64,000 bases of DNA from a candidate division WWE3 bacterium GW2011_GWC2_41_23 (GTDB lineage Bacteria; Patescibacteriota; WWE3; UBA101185; UBA10185), in assembly GCA_000996895.1 (NCBI GenBank), contig LCBB01000002.1:27596-91595 (forward strand), read 5' to 3'. Both the position numbers and the translations under genes were made by a program. This document shows positions 29,494 to 38,601 of the stretch, one piece after another (within the stretch, counting starts at the first letter, position 1; the number at the start of each line of letters is the position of its first letter). A model generated the notes under the pieces. It saw only the letters and a list, made by a program, of their open reading frames with translations, was not told the DNA's origin and did no database searches.

Positions 29494-30112
29494 ATTCTTG
29501 AAGTTTCTTTTTTACTTCCTCAAAAACTTCCTCCGGAGAGCCGGAACCGTCTACCTCAATAAGAATACCGTCGGAACGGAACTTCTCTATTTGAACGCTT
29601 GTCTCGTTTTTAAAAATCTCGAGTCTTCTTAAAATCGCTTCTTCTTTATCGTCATCCCTTTGCTTAAGTGCTCCCCCGCATTTATCGCAAACTCCTTCGA
29701 CTTTGGGAGGTTTTGACACAATGTTATAAACAGCACCACATGACTCGCATGTTCTTCTTGTGGATAACCTTGCCAAAGAAAGCTCACGAGGAATGTTTAT
29801 TAAAAAGACTTTGTCGTACGTGGGATCAAAAAATACCAAATCTTCTGTCGTCCTCCCCCAACCGTCCATGATGTATCCTTTTTCGTAGCCGGGACCTGAA
29901 ACAGTTTCTTTTAAAATCTCGGCAACTTTGTCCTGGGGCGCGAGATGCCCGGCTAAAAGCGCATCATTAATCTCCCGGTACCACGGATGCCCCGGTTTTA
30001 GGTCGCGTAGAGCCTGTCCTACTGATACCAGAGGCAATCCGAGGTGTTTACTCAGCATTTCGCCCTGTGTACCTTTTCCTGAGCCTACGGTCCCCATTAA
30101 TAATATTTTCAT
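29492..30112 (-). CDS. adk: Adenylate kinase (Zn-lid type)
   Basis: GTVGSGKGTQ P-loop, DGWGR, CESC...CDKC lid and RDDD. Confidence 0.92.
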   Translation of the reverse strand: MKILLMGTVGSGKGTQGEMLSKHLGLPLVSVGQALRDLKPGHPWYREINDALLAGHLAPQDKVAEILKETVSGPGYEKGYIMDGWGRTTEDLVFFDPTYDKVFLINIPRELSLARLSTRRTCESCGAVYNIVSKPPKVEGVCDKCGGALKQRDDDKEEAILRRLEIFKNETSVQIEKFRSDGILIEVDGSGSPEEVFEEVKKKLQE

Positions 30113-30120
30113 TTAGCGGT

Positions 30121-30387
30121 TTAAAGTCCGGGGAGTCCGAGATCCTGCAACTGCCCCCTCATTTGTTTCTCAACTTTTTTGTCGACGTCCTTAAAGGCAT
30201 CATTTAACAACTCTCTTAAAACCTTGTCGTCCTGTCCGTCTATTTCCAGTTTTTCGATTCTTTTGTCGCCTCTAATTACTATTCTCAGCCTGCCCTTTTC
30301 GGAGGTAACAAAAATATTCTCCATTTGTTTTTTAATACCGGACTGGGCTTTTCTTAATTTATTTATGTCTTTTAATTTATCGAACAT
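30121..30387 (-). CDS. ybaB: YbaB/EbfC family nucleoid-associated protein
   Basis: Pattern of N-terminal helix, IVIRGDKRIEKLEID, LLNDA and terminal LGLPGL; SD aaggagg. Confidence 0.7.
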   Translation of the reverse strand: MFDKLKDINKLRKAQSGIKKQMENIFVTSEKGRLRIVIRGDKRIEKLEIDGQDDKVLRELLNDAFKDVDKKVEKQMRGQLQDLGLPGL

Positions 30388-30396
30388 CTTTCCTCC

Positions 30397-31653
30397 TTAG
30401 AACAAAAACTTATCGTAGCTTCTTGTTACCATTAACGATTCTGTCTGTCTAATTGTCTCAAGCACAACGGACACCACGATGAGTAAGCTCGTACCTCCGA
30501 CGGTCATGGCCGTAGATCCTGCAGCTCCCTGGAAAAAGAACGGAAGGATTGCGATTAAACCAAGAAACACGGCCCCCGCCAGAGTGATTCTATTTACAAC
30601 GCTTTTGAGATAACGTGCGGTGCCCATTCCAGGTCTGATTCCCGGGATGAAACCTCCCCGTTTTTTAACATCGTCCGCAATTTTTTGAGGGTTGAATTGT
30701 ATACCTGTATAAAAGAATGTGAACGCAACAACCAATATGAAATATAGGACGTTGTAAGCAATATCGTTTTGACCGAAATTAATCGACAGAAATGTTCCTA
30801 TGTCCTGCAAAGTGCCGTTACCAGAACCCACCAAAGGACCTGCCAGCAGGGAGGGTACCATAACTACGGAAACTGCAAAAATAATGGGAATAACACCGGC
30901 CTGATTGATTTTAAGCGGAAGGTAGTTAGTAACCTTCTGACTTCTGGTGCCTGTTCTGCCGTACTCAATTACCAGATTTCTGGTACCCTCGTTGACCAGT
31001 ACCACGCTGGCAACAATTACTACCGCCAGAACTGCGAATAAAAGGGCACTGAAAACTGTGTCTGATGTGAGTGTAGCAATATATGCATAAATTTGTTGAG
31101 GAAACCTACTGATGATTCCCACGAAGATTAACAGTGAAACTCCGTTTCCTATGCCACGTTCCGTAACCAAGTCACCGAGCCAGACTAAAAACATTGCTCC
31201 TGCAGACATTGTTACCATTAGAACCAGAAGATCTATAGAGCTAAGTATCGGAATTGCCCCCTGTTTGTTTAACAAAAAATATATTCCGTAAGCCTGGATA
31301 ATCGTCATCGGCACACTAAGGTATTTAGTATAAAGGTTTATCTTTTCTCTTCCGTACTCCCCCTCTTTTGCCATCTCCTCGAGCGAGGGAACCATAACGG
31401 TTAAAAGCTGCATAATAATGGACGCGTTGATGTAAGGTCCCAACCCAAGAGTAACAATGGAAAAGTTTTGAAATCCACCTCCGCTGAAAAGGTCGAACAT
31501 TCCAAATAACGCGTTGCCGGATAGAAATGATCTAATGGTAGCAACGTCTACGCCCGGAACCGGAACGTGCGCTAAAAGTCTGAATATTACAATGATCGAA
31601 AGGGTAAAAATAATTTTTCTTCTTACTTCAGGGTATCTGAATAGTTTAATCAT
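30397..31653 (-). CDS. secY: Preprotein translocase SecY
   Basis: LGLGPYINASII, GIGNGVSLLIF, GGFIPGIRPG and GGTSLLIVV. Confidence 0.97.
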   Translation of the reverse strand: MIKLFRYPEVRRKIIFTLSIIVIFRLLAHVPVPGVDVATIRSFLSGNALFGMFDLFSGGGFQNFSIVTLGLGPYINASIIMQLLTVMVPSLEEMAKEGEYGREKINLYTKYLSVPMTIIQAYGIYFLLNKQGAIPILSSIDLLVLMVTMSAGAMFLVWLGDLVTERGIGNGVSLLIFVGIISRFPQQIYAYIATLTSDTVFSALLFAVLAVVIVASVVLVNEGTRNLVIEYGRTGTRSQKVTNYLPLKINQAGVIPIIFAVSVVMVPSLLAGPLVGSGNGTLQDIGTFLSINFGQNDIAYNVLYFILVVAFTFFYTGIQFNPQKIADDVKKRGGFIPGIRPGMGTARYLKSVVNRITLAGAVFLGLIAILPFFFQGAAGSTAMTVGGTSLLIVVSVVLETIRQTESLMVTRSYDKFLF

Positions 31654-32083
31654 TTAGGGTAGAGCCCGATTTTTTTGCTTCCTCAAGTGCTCCTCTAGAA
31701 TAGGTGAACCCCTTAAGGATCAGTTTCTTTTTAAGGCTTCCTCCACCAATGATTTTAACACCCTGGCGTGTAAGAGTTCTAATGATTCTTTTCTTAAGGA
31801 GACTCATTGGAGTTACTTCGGTACCTTCTTCGAACTTGTTCAATTCTTCTAATCTTATCCCTACAGCTTTTTTTAAAGATTTAAATCCGCCGAGCTGGGG
31901 GAGTCTTTTATAAAGAGGAACCTGACCTCCCTCAAATCCTACCGCTAAGTTATGGCCGGTTCTGGACAATTGACCTTTCATCCCTCTTCCGACTGTGTGG
32001 CCGCCTTTACCTGAACCGTAACCGCGTCCCAGTCTTTTTTTGCTTCTTTTTGTTTTTAAAGATACTAAGTTAGATAGATCCAT
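31646..32083 (-). CDS. rplO: 50S ribosomal protein L15
   Basis: RLGRGYGSGKG and FEGGQVPLYKRLP. Confidence 0.96.
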   Translation of the reverse strand: MDLSNLVSLKTKRSKKRLGRGYGSGKGGHTVGRGMKGQLSRTGHNLAVGFEGGQVPLYKRLPQLGGFKSLKKAVGIRLEELNKFEEGTEVTPMSLLKKRIIRTLTRQGVKIIGGGSLKKKLILKGFTYSRGALEEAKKSGSTLND

Positions 32084-32086
32084 ATT

Positions 32087-32545
32087 TTATCCTTTTAATT
32101 TCTTCAGGGCTTTTAAAGTACACCTTACGTTACTTATTTTATTGTTTGCTCCGATCATTTTAGCTGAAATGTCTTTTATTCCTGCTAATTCCAAAACTGC
32201 ACGTACTGCGCCGCCTGCAATTACTCCGGTACCTTTAGGAGCCGGCTTTAAGAAAACCTTGGCTGATTCATACTTTGCAAGAACTTCATGAGAAATTGTG
32301 GGGCCGTTCAATTTGATTTCGACCATCGATTTCTTTGCTTTACCTATAGCTTTGTTTATTGAACTCGCAACGTCGGGCGCTTTTCCATAACCTACACCGA
32401 CCCTACCGTTGTTATTTCCGACAATAGCGAGTACCGCGAAAGCAATTGTGTTGCCTCCCTTGGTCTTTTTGGAAACTCTTCTGATCTCCAGGACCTTCTC
32501 TTCAATTTCATCAAATTTCGTTGTGTTGACATCTGCGGTCATCAT
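32087..32545 (-). CDS. rpsE: 30S ribosomal protein S5
   Basis: RVSKKTKGG and PAPKGTGVIAGGAVRAVLELAG. Confidence 0.96.
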   Translation of the reverse strand: MMTADVNTTKFDEIEEKVLEIRRVSKKTKGGNTIAFAVLAIVGNNNGRVGVGYGKAPDVASSINKAIGKAKKSMVEIKLNGPTISHEVLAKYESAKVFLKPAPKGTGVIAGGAVRAVLELAGIKDISAKMIGANNKISNVRCTLKALKKLKG

Positions 32546-32901
32546 AATTTTAAGCCCCCTTCTCTGGCTCCGTCAGCTAAAGCCTTTACTCTTCCGTGAA
32601 ATCTGAATCCGTTCCTGTCGAACACCGCTTCTTTTATCTTGTGTTCTATCGCTTTTGCTGCCAAAGCTTTTCCTGCTTCAAATGCGATTTCCGTCTTGGT
32701 TTTTCCTTTAACAGTTTTTTCAACCTCTACGGACACCGCTGCAATTGTATGCCCTTTTACATCATCAATAAGCTGGGCGTAAATGTGCTTGCTAGTTCTG
32801 AAGACGGAAATTCTGGGAGTTTTTCCCGTTCCTGAGATCTTTTTTCTGACTCTCAGTTTTCGTCTTTCAATATTTGTTTTTCTTAAATTTACTTTATACA
32901 T
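32542..32901 (-). CDS. rplR: 50S ribosomal protein L18
   Basis: PRISVFRTSKHIYAQ and FDRNGFRFHGRV. Confidence 0.96.
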   Translation of the reverse strand: MYKVNLRKTNIERRKLRVRKKISGTGKTPRISVFRTSKHIYAQLIDDVKGHTIAAVSVEVEKTVKGKTKTEIAFEAGKALAAKAIEHKIKEAVFDRNGFRFHGRVKALADGAREGGLKL

Positions 32902-32910
32902 ATATTTATA

Positions 32911-33459
32911 TTACTTAGCAGACTTCGCTGCCTTTCCCGCTTTTCTTCTAACTTTTTCGCCTGCATATTTTATTCCTTTACCTTTGTAAGGTTCCGGTTT
33001 TCTTAGTTTTCTAATCTTAGCCGCTGTAAGTCCCACCAGATCTTTGTCTATTCCTTTAACTGTTAAAGTCTGATTTTCTCCGACCTCGAATTTTATGCCT
33101 TCCGGAGCTTTTATTTTCACCGGATGGGAAAAACCCAAAGTAAGCGAAATCGCGTCGGGAGCTTCCTGTTTAACCCTGTAGCCCACTCCGATAAGTTCAA
33201 GATTTTTATTAAAGCCGTCTGTAACTCCTTCGACCATATTGGCAACCAAAGATCGGGTCATTCCCCAAAACGCACTGGACTGCTTGGTCTCAATGGCTAT
33301 AGAAACCTTTGCTTCGTCGCCCTCAACCTGTACCGCTATTTCAGGCCTTACGTTAAGCTTAAGTTCGCCTTTGGGACCTTTTACGGTAACCAGCGAATCT
33401 TTAATCTCAAATGTGACCCCTGCGGGTATTTTTACAGGTAGCTTTCCTAATCGGCTCAT
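32911..33459 (-). CDS. rplF: 50S ribosomal protein L6
   Basis: Starts MSRLGKLPV; GVGYR and PEPYKGKGI. Confidence 0.96.
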   Translation of the reverse strand: MSRLGKLPVKIPAGVTFEIKDSLVTVKGPKGELKLNVRPEIAVQVEGDEAKVSIAIETKQSSAFWGMTRSLVANMVEGVTDGFNKNLELIGVGYRVKQEAPDAISLTLGFSHPVKIKAPEGIKFEVGENQTLTVKGIDKDLVGLTAAKIRKLRKPEPYKGKGIKYAGEKVRRKAGKAAKSAK

Positions 33460-33460
33460 A

Positions 33461-33859
33461 TTAATAAACCTCGCAAATAATCTCTCCGCCAATTTTTTTC
33501 TTTCTGGCCTCGGTAGAACTCATAATACCTTTTGATGTTGACACGACCATAACACCGAAACCTCTTTTGAAAGTACCGATTTCATCGGCCCCTCTGTATA
33601 TTCTTCTTCCGGGTTTCGAAACTCTTCTTGCCTCAGTAAGAGCAAAAACGTTATCGTCTATTGCCAGCTCTATGTGCAATCTCTTTACGGTCGTCTTTTC
33701 AGGTTTAAACACCTTAACGCTTTCCAGAAAACCTTTTTCTTTCAGGACTTTGGCGACTTCTTCGCACTCTTTTGAATACCTTGTTTCCACAACTTTCTTA
33801 CCCGCCATCGAAGCGTTTTTTAAAGAACTTAACATGTTAGATAATCTGTCCATTGACAT
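33461..33859 (-). CDS. rpsH: 30S ribosomal protein S8
   Basis: SKPGRRIY, VSTSKGIM and GGEIIC. Confidence 0.96.
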   Translation of the reverse strand: MSMDRLSNMLSSLKNASMAGKKVVETRYSKECEEVAKVLKEKGFLESVKVFKPEKTTVKRLHIELAIDDNVFALTEARRVSKPGRRIYRGADEIGTFKRGFGVMVVSTSKGIMSSTEARKKKIGGEIICEVY

Positions 33860-33864
33860 AGAAG

Positions 33865-34050
33865 TTACCAGCTGGCCTTTCTTATTCCGGGTAACACGCC
33901 TGAGTGCGCGAGCTCCCTAAAACACTTCCTGCACATTTTAAATCTTCTGTAGTATCCTCTGGGATTTCCGCAAAGAGGACATCTGTGGTACGCTCTCGAA
34001 CTAAATTTTGCTTCTCTTTTTTGTTTTGCTATTAATGACTTTTTTGCCAT
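33865..34050 (-). CDS. rpsN: 30S ribosomal protein S14, zinc-binding type
   Basis: MAKKS...RCPLCG...CRKCFRELA...KASW. Confidence 0.96.
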   Translation of the reverse strand: MAKKSLIAKQKREAKFSSRAYHRCPLCGNPRGYYRRFKMCRKCFRELAHSGVLPGIRKASW

Positions 34051-34051
34051 A

Positions 34052-34597
34052 TTAATCGTCCTTCCTAAACGGCATTCCCAAACCCGCAAGTAAGTATTTG
34101 TTATGTTCAACATCGGACGTGCTGAAAACCACGGTGATCTGCATGCTTCTTAAACCTTTTGTGGTGTTCGGGTTAACCTCCGGGAAAATAACATGTTCTC
34201 TGATGCCAAGGGAATAATTTCCATTGCCGTCGAAGGACGTGTCCTCTAACCCTCTGAAGTCCCTTACTCTGGGTATCGCGATGTTAATTAATTTATCAAG
34301 AAATGCCCACATTCTCTCGCCCCTTAAGGTCACTGAGTAACCTACTATATCACCTTGTCTTATCTTAAATCCAGCTACCGATTGACGGGCTTTTCTTGGA
34401 TACGCTTTTTGTCCGGCTAAAGATGAAAATTCCTCCAGGAATGACTCCAATGCTTCCCTGTTTTCCCTGAAAGGACCCACGCCGGAGTTTATTGAAACTT
34501 TCAGTACTTTCGGCAAAGCCATGACATTAGAAATTTTTAGTTCTTTCATCATCTTCGGTGCTATTTCTTTAATGTATTTTTCTTTAAGTCTGTTCAT
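34052..34597 (-). CDS. rplE: 50S ribosomal protein L5
   Basis: [16 protein letters not shown] and FDGNGNY. Confidence 0.96.
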   Translation of the reverse strand: MNRLKEKYIKEIAPKMMKELKISNVMALPKVLKVSINSGVGPFRENREALESFLEEFSSLAGQKAYPRKARQSVAGFKIRQGDIVGYSVTLRGERMWAFLDKLINIAIPRVRDFRGLEDTSFDGNGNYSLGIREHVIFPEVNPNTTKGLRSMQITVVFSTSDVEHNKYLLAGLGMPFRKDD

Positions 34598-34917
34598 TTT
34601 CCTTTTTTAACCTCAATAACTTCACCTGATTTTTTATTTATTCTGTATTTTTTTCCGTCAATTATTTTGTATCCGACCCTTACCGGATCTCCGGACTTTT
34701 GATCTATCAACATGACGTTAGAAACATTGACCGGTTTTTCCATACTAATAATGCCACCTTCTTTTGAAACTTTACCCGGCTTTACGTGTTTCTTTATAAT
34801 GTTTACTCCCTCAACCAAAACTTTTCCTTTGGCAAGCAACACCTTTAACACTTTTCCGGTTTTACCCTTGTCTTTTCCTGCTATTACTTTTACTTTGTCG
34901 TCTTTTAATATTTTCAT
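34594..34917 (-). CDS. rplX: 50S ribosomal protein L24
   Basis: DKVKVIAGKDKGK, VEGVN and SNVML. Confidence 0.95.
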   Translation of the reverse strand: MKILKDDKVKVIAGKDKGKTGKVLKVLLAKGKVLVEGVNIIKKHVKPGKVSKEGGIISMEKPVNVSNVMLIDQKSGDPVRVGYKIIDGKKYRINKKSGEVIEVKKGK

Positions 34918-34921
34918 ATTC

Positions 34922-35287
34922 TTACCAAACCTCTTTAGCCAAAGATACAATCTTCAAAAGTCCTCTGTCTCTGATTTCCCTGGCTATCGGACCGAAGATA
35001 CGGGTCCCGATTAAGTTTCTATCTTTGTCTACAACCACGGCTGCGTTGTCGTCGAATCTAATGTAGCTACCGTCTTTCCTTCTAACCTCTTTTTTTGTTC
35101 TCACAACTATGGCTTTTACAACAGTGTGGTCTTTTACAGTACCCGCGGAATCGGCACCTTTTACAACAGCAGTAACCAAGTCGCCTATCCTGGCAACGGT
35201 CTTTCTTGAACCGGGAATGCCAATTATTTTTAGTTTCTTGGCTCCGGAATTATCCGCTAGGTTTACTGTAGTACCGATCTGCAGCAT
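34922..35287 (-). CDS. rplN: 50S ribosomal protein L14
   Basis: ADNSGAK, RFDDNAAV and GTRIFGP. Confidence 0.97.
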   Translation of the reverse strand: MLQIGTTVNLADNSGAKKLKIIGIPGSRKTVARIGDLVTAVVKGADSAGTVKDHTVVKAIVVRTKKEVRRKDGSYIRFDDNAAVVVDKDRNLIGTRIFGPIAREIRDRGLLKIVSLAKEVW

Positions 35288-35288
35288 A

Positions 35289-35558
35289 TTATTTTTCCTT
35301 TTTCCCCGGCTGTTTAATCACTTCCACAACTTTCCAGGTAACTTCCTTGCTAAAAGGTGCACATTCCTCAACAATAACTTCGGCACCTACGGGCACTCCT
35401 ATCTCGTCTCTGGCTTTCAACCTCTTATTTGTTTTAACAGGCTTACTGTATAAAGGGTGCCTGGTGGAAATATCTATTTTTACCACTACAGTTTTCTGCA
35501 TCTTGGTAGAAACAACCTTTCCTTGTATTCTTCTTGCGCTAGTAGTTTTTTCAGTCAT
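35289..35558 (-). CDS. rpsQ: 30S ribosomal protein S17
   Basis: GKVVSTKMQKTVVV and HPLYSK. Confidence 0.94.
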   Translation of the reverse strand: MTEKTTSARRIQGKVVSTKMQKTVVVKIDISTRHPLYSKPVKTNKRLKARDEIGVPVGAEVIVEECAPFSKEVTWKVVEVIKQPGKKEK

Positions 35559-35559
35559 A

Positions 35560-35772
35560 CTAATTCCCAACCTTTTCCGTACTTAAAATTTTATTCTCAT
35601 TAATAACTGTAAGAATCTTAGCCATGTCTCTTCTGAGCAATCCTGCCTTTTTAACATTTTTCTCCTTGCCCTGTAAAGTGTTTAAGGATACTTCTCTTAT
35701 TTCCTTCTCCAGGTTTTTCTTGGTGTCTAATAATTCTTGTTCGCTTTTTTGTCTTAATTCTTTGGCGTTCAT
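35560..35772 (-). CDS. rpmC: 50S ribosomal protein L29
   Basis: MNAKELR...RRDMAKILT, and operon position. Confidence 0.92.
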   Translation of the reverse strand: MNAKELRQKSEQELLDTKKNLEKEIREVSLNTLQGKEKNVKKAGLLRRDMAKILTVINENKILSTEKVGN

Positions 35773-35776
35773 ATAT

Positions 35777-36184
35777 TTATTCCTTGGTCACAAACCTCAT
35801 TTTAATAGGGAGCTTGGCTGAGGCTTTCTTAAAAGCGTGCTTGGCCAATTCTCTTGTAACACCGCCTATTTCAAATACTACTTTGCCCGGTTTTATAACG
35901 GCAGAGTAGTGATCGGTATTTGCTTTTCCGCTTCCCATTCTGGTTTCTGCAGGTTTCGCAACAACCGGCTTATCGGGGAAAACTCTAATCCATAACTTTC
36001 CTCCTCTTTTGGTTTCGTGCATGACGGCTTTTCTTGCTGCTTCGATTTGTCTGGACGTTAAAAGTCCCCTATCTGCGGCTTTCAATGCGTAATCACCGTA
36101 AACAATCTTTGATCCTCTCACAGCAATACCTTTATTGTTACCTCTTTGCTGTTTTCTAAATTTTACTTTCTTCGGCATCAACAT
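35777..36184 (-). CDS. rplP: 50S ribosomal protein L16
   Basis: MLMPKKVKFRKQQRG, WIRVFPDKP and RMGSGK. Confidence 0.97.
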   Translation of the reverse strand: MLMPKKVKFRKQQRGNNKGIAVRGSKIVYGDYALKAADRGLLTSRQIEAARKAVMHETKRGGKLWIRVFPDKPVVAKPAETRMGSGKANTDHYSAVIKPGKVVFEIGGVTRELAKHAFKKASAKLPIKMRFVTKE

Positions 36185-36186
36185 AG

Positions 36187-36819
36187 TTAAATCGTCTTTT
36201 CACCTTTATAAATCCATACTTTTATTCCGATTGTTCCGTAAAGTAAGTGGCAATCAATTTGAGCGTAATCAATCTCCGCTCTTAAGGTTTGAAGCGGGAT
36301 GGAACCCAGCGTGTACTGTTCCGATCTGGAAATTGTGTTGGATCCGCTTAAAACTCCTGACAATCTTATTTTTATTCCTTTTGCTCCCTTATCCATTGCT
36401 CCGCTCAATGCGAACTTTACGACTCTTCTGTAAGGCATCCTTCTTTTTATTTGTCTTGCCAGGTAATCTCCGACAAGCTGGGCTTCCATTTCAGGAGATT
36501 TAACTTCCTCGGCTGTAATCTTAACTTTGGCCTTTGTAAGTTTCTTGATTTCTTTTTCAATTTCTTCTACTCCGGTACCGCCTCTTCCGATGACTACTCC
36601 GGGTTTCGATACTCTCACTGTTATGCTGATGTCGTTTTCAGTTCTTTCGATATCCACCTCTTTTAAACCGGCCATTTCCAATTTCTTTTTTAGGTACTTT
36701 CTTATCTTTATATCTTCGTGTGCTACATCGGCATAAGAAGATGAAGGCGCGTACCATCTGGACTGCCAGTCTCTTGATATTCCTAATCTGTACCCAATCG
36801 GGTTTATCTTTTGTCCCAT
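36187..36819 (-). CDS. rpsC: 30S ribosomal protein S3
   Basis: MGQKINPIGYRLG, PGVVIGRGG and PLQTLRAEIDY. Confidence 0.97.
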   Translation of the reverse strand: MGQKINPIGYRLGISRDWQSRWYAPSSSYADVAHEDIKIRKYLKKKLEMAGLKEVDIERTENDISITVRVSKPGVVIGRGGTGVEEIEKEIKKLTKAKVKITAEEVKSPEMEAQLVGDYLARQIKRRMPYRRVVKFALSGAMDKGAKGIKIRLSGVLSGSNTISRSEQYTLGSIPLQTLRAEIDYAQIDCHLLYGTIGIKVWIYKGEKTI

Positions 36820-36820
36820 A

Positions 36821-37177
36821 TTATTTAACCTTTTTTCCTACCTGACTTAACCCAACATAAATATGACTTGTCCTTTTTATAATGGGGCTGAATCTTCCTT
36901 TTGCAACAAACTGTCCGCTTTTTGAAACTGGGCCGCCGCTCACCCAAAGCTCGGATAATACCAGGCTTTTTTTGTCGAATTTGTTGTTGTTTACAGCGTT
37001 AGCCTCGGCAGATTTTAGCACTTTAAGCACCAAAGCGGCAGCTTTAGTTCTATCAAAAGCTAGAATCAACTTAGCCTCTGCTACCGGCTTTCCTCTGACA
37101 AGATCCATTACCGGGGCTACCTTCTTAGGCGATATTCTTGCTTTCATGTGTTTTGCGTATACTTCCGACTTGTTCAT
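36821..37177 (-). CDS. rplV: 50S ribosomal protein L22
   Basis: RISPKKV, SAEANA and KRTSHI. Confidence 0.95.
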   Translation of the reverse strand: MNKSEVYAKHMKARISPKKVAPVMDLVRGKPVAEAKLILAFDRTKAAALVLKVLKSAEANAVNNNKFDKKSLVLSELWVSGGPVSKSGQFVAKGRFSPIIKRTSHIYVGLSQVGKKVK

Positions 37178-37181
37178 ATAT

Positions 37182-37451
37182 TTATGCAATCTTCTTAGAA
37201 GAGTGAGCCCTGAATGTTCTCGTAGGTGAGAACTCTCCTAATTTGTGGCCGACCATTGATTCAGTTACAAATACAGGAATATGCTTTTTTCCGTTGTGTA
37301 CTTCGAATGTTAATCCCACCATTTCAGGTACGATGGTTGACCTTCTTGCCCATGTTTTTATAGGAGTTCTTGCTCCGTTGGAAAGGGCTGTCTTTACCTT
37401 CTTCATTAATTTTTCGTCTGTATATATTCCTTTTTTTAATGACCTTGTCAT
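37182..37451 (-). CDS. rpsS: 30S ribosomal protein S19
   Basis: RSLKKG and [11 protein letters not shown]. Confidence 0.97.
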   Translation of the reverse strand: MTRSLKKGIYTDEKLMKKVKTALSNGARTPIKTWARRSTIVPEMVGLTFEVHNGKKHIPVFVTESMVGHKLGEFSPTRTFRAHSSKKIA

Positions 37452-37475
37452 AATTTATTCCTTTAGAAGATTAAG

Positions 37476-38306
37476 TTATTTCTTCTTCTCCCTCTTTTTA
37501 ACTATGGTGTAATCAGTATGAACACGCTTTCTGCTTTTAACACCCCTTGTTTTCCATCCCCAGGGAGATAAAGGTGCTGGTCTTCCGATACCTGTGGTAC
37601 CGTACTTGCCTGCGTGCGGATGGTCCTTCTTCGGATTTGCCATCGCAACACCACGAACGTGGGGTCTAAAGCCCAGATATCTTCTCTTTCCGGCCTTTCC
37701 TAACCGCACATTCCTGGTATCGGGATTGGATAATGTACCGACCGAAGCGTAGCACTTTCCGAGGATTTTCTTTACTTCTCCGCTCGGGAGCCTCAGATTA
37801 ACATATGCCCCTTCTTTAGCCAATACCTGCGCCGAATTTCCGGCTCCTCTTGCTAACACTCCGCCACCTCCGATGTTTAACTCGATGTTGTGTACGGAAG
37901 TACCCAACGGGATATTTTCCAAAGGTAGCGCATTACCGGGCGTAAGCTCGGCTTCCGGTCCTGAAACTACTTCCATTCCTATATCTAAGCCTTCGGGAGC
38001 GAGTATGTATCTCTTCTCTCCGTCAGCAAAATTGACCAAAGCAATGTTTGATCCTCTGTTGGGGTCATACTCAATAGATGCTACTTTAGCGGGTATCAAC
38101 AGTTTGTTTCTTTTAAAATCGATTATTCTGTATCTTTTTTTGGTGCCCCTCTCTCTGTATCTTGTGGCAATCCTTCCGCGGTTTCTTCCTGCCGGGCCTT
38201 TTAATGTAGATGTTAATGCTTTTACAGGTCTGGCTTTACTAACCTCTCTTACGAGTGTTTTTCTTGTTCGTTGTCCCTGACTTGTAGGTTTATATCTTTT
38301 AAGCAT
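37476..38306 (-). CDS. rplB: 50S ribosomal protein L2
   Basis: YRIIDFKR, IEYDPNR, LRLPSGE and DHPH. Confidence 0.97.
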   Translation of the reverse strand: MLKRYKPTSQGQRTRKTLVREVSKARPVKALTSTLKGPAGRNRGRIATRYRERGTKKRYRIIDFKRNKLLIPAKVASIEYDPNRGSNIALVNFADGEKRYILAPEGLDIGMEVVSGPEAELTPGNALPLENIPLGTSVHNIELNIGGGGVLARGAGNSAQVLAKEGAYVNLRLPSGEVKKILGKCYASVGTLSNPDTRNVRLGKAGKRRYLGFRPHVRGVAMANPKKDHPHAGKYGTTGIGRPAPLSPWGWKTRGVKSRKRVHTDYTIVKKREKKK

Positions 38307-38310
38307 TTGT

Positions 38311-38601
38311 TTATTCCTTGGGCATTATATCAATTGTCTGACCCTCTTTTAACTTTACCGTGGCTTTCTTCCATTTAACTCTTCCTGTTCGCCTTCTTGT
38401 TCCTGAAACTCTTCTGTTTTTACCGGGGACCACAATTGTCTTTACTGCAGTGACTTTGACTCCGTACATTTTTTCTATTTCTTTTGCTACAGATTCCTTA
38501 TTTGCGTCCATGGCAACCTTAAAAGAGTAGAAACCGTTTGTTGCCTGCGCGTAAGTTTTCTCGGTTACTATTGGTTTGTAGATTAAATTGTTTAATCTCA
38601 T
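38311..38601 (-). CDS. rplW: 50S ribosomal protein L23
   Basis: PIVTEK and WKKATVKL. Confidence 0.95.
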   Translation of the reverse strand: MRLNNLIYKPIVTEKTYAQATNGFYSFKVAMDANKESVAKEIEKMYGVKVTAVKTIVVPGKNRRVSGTRRRTGRVKWKKATVKLKEGQTIDIMPKE

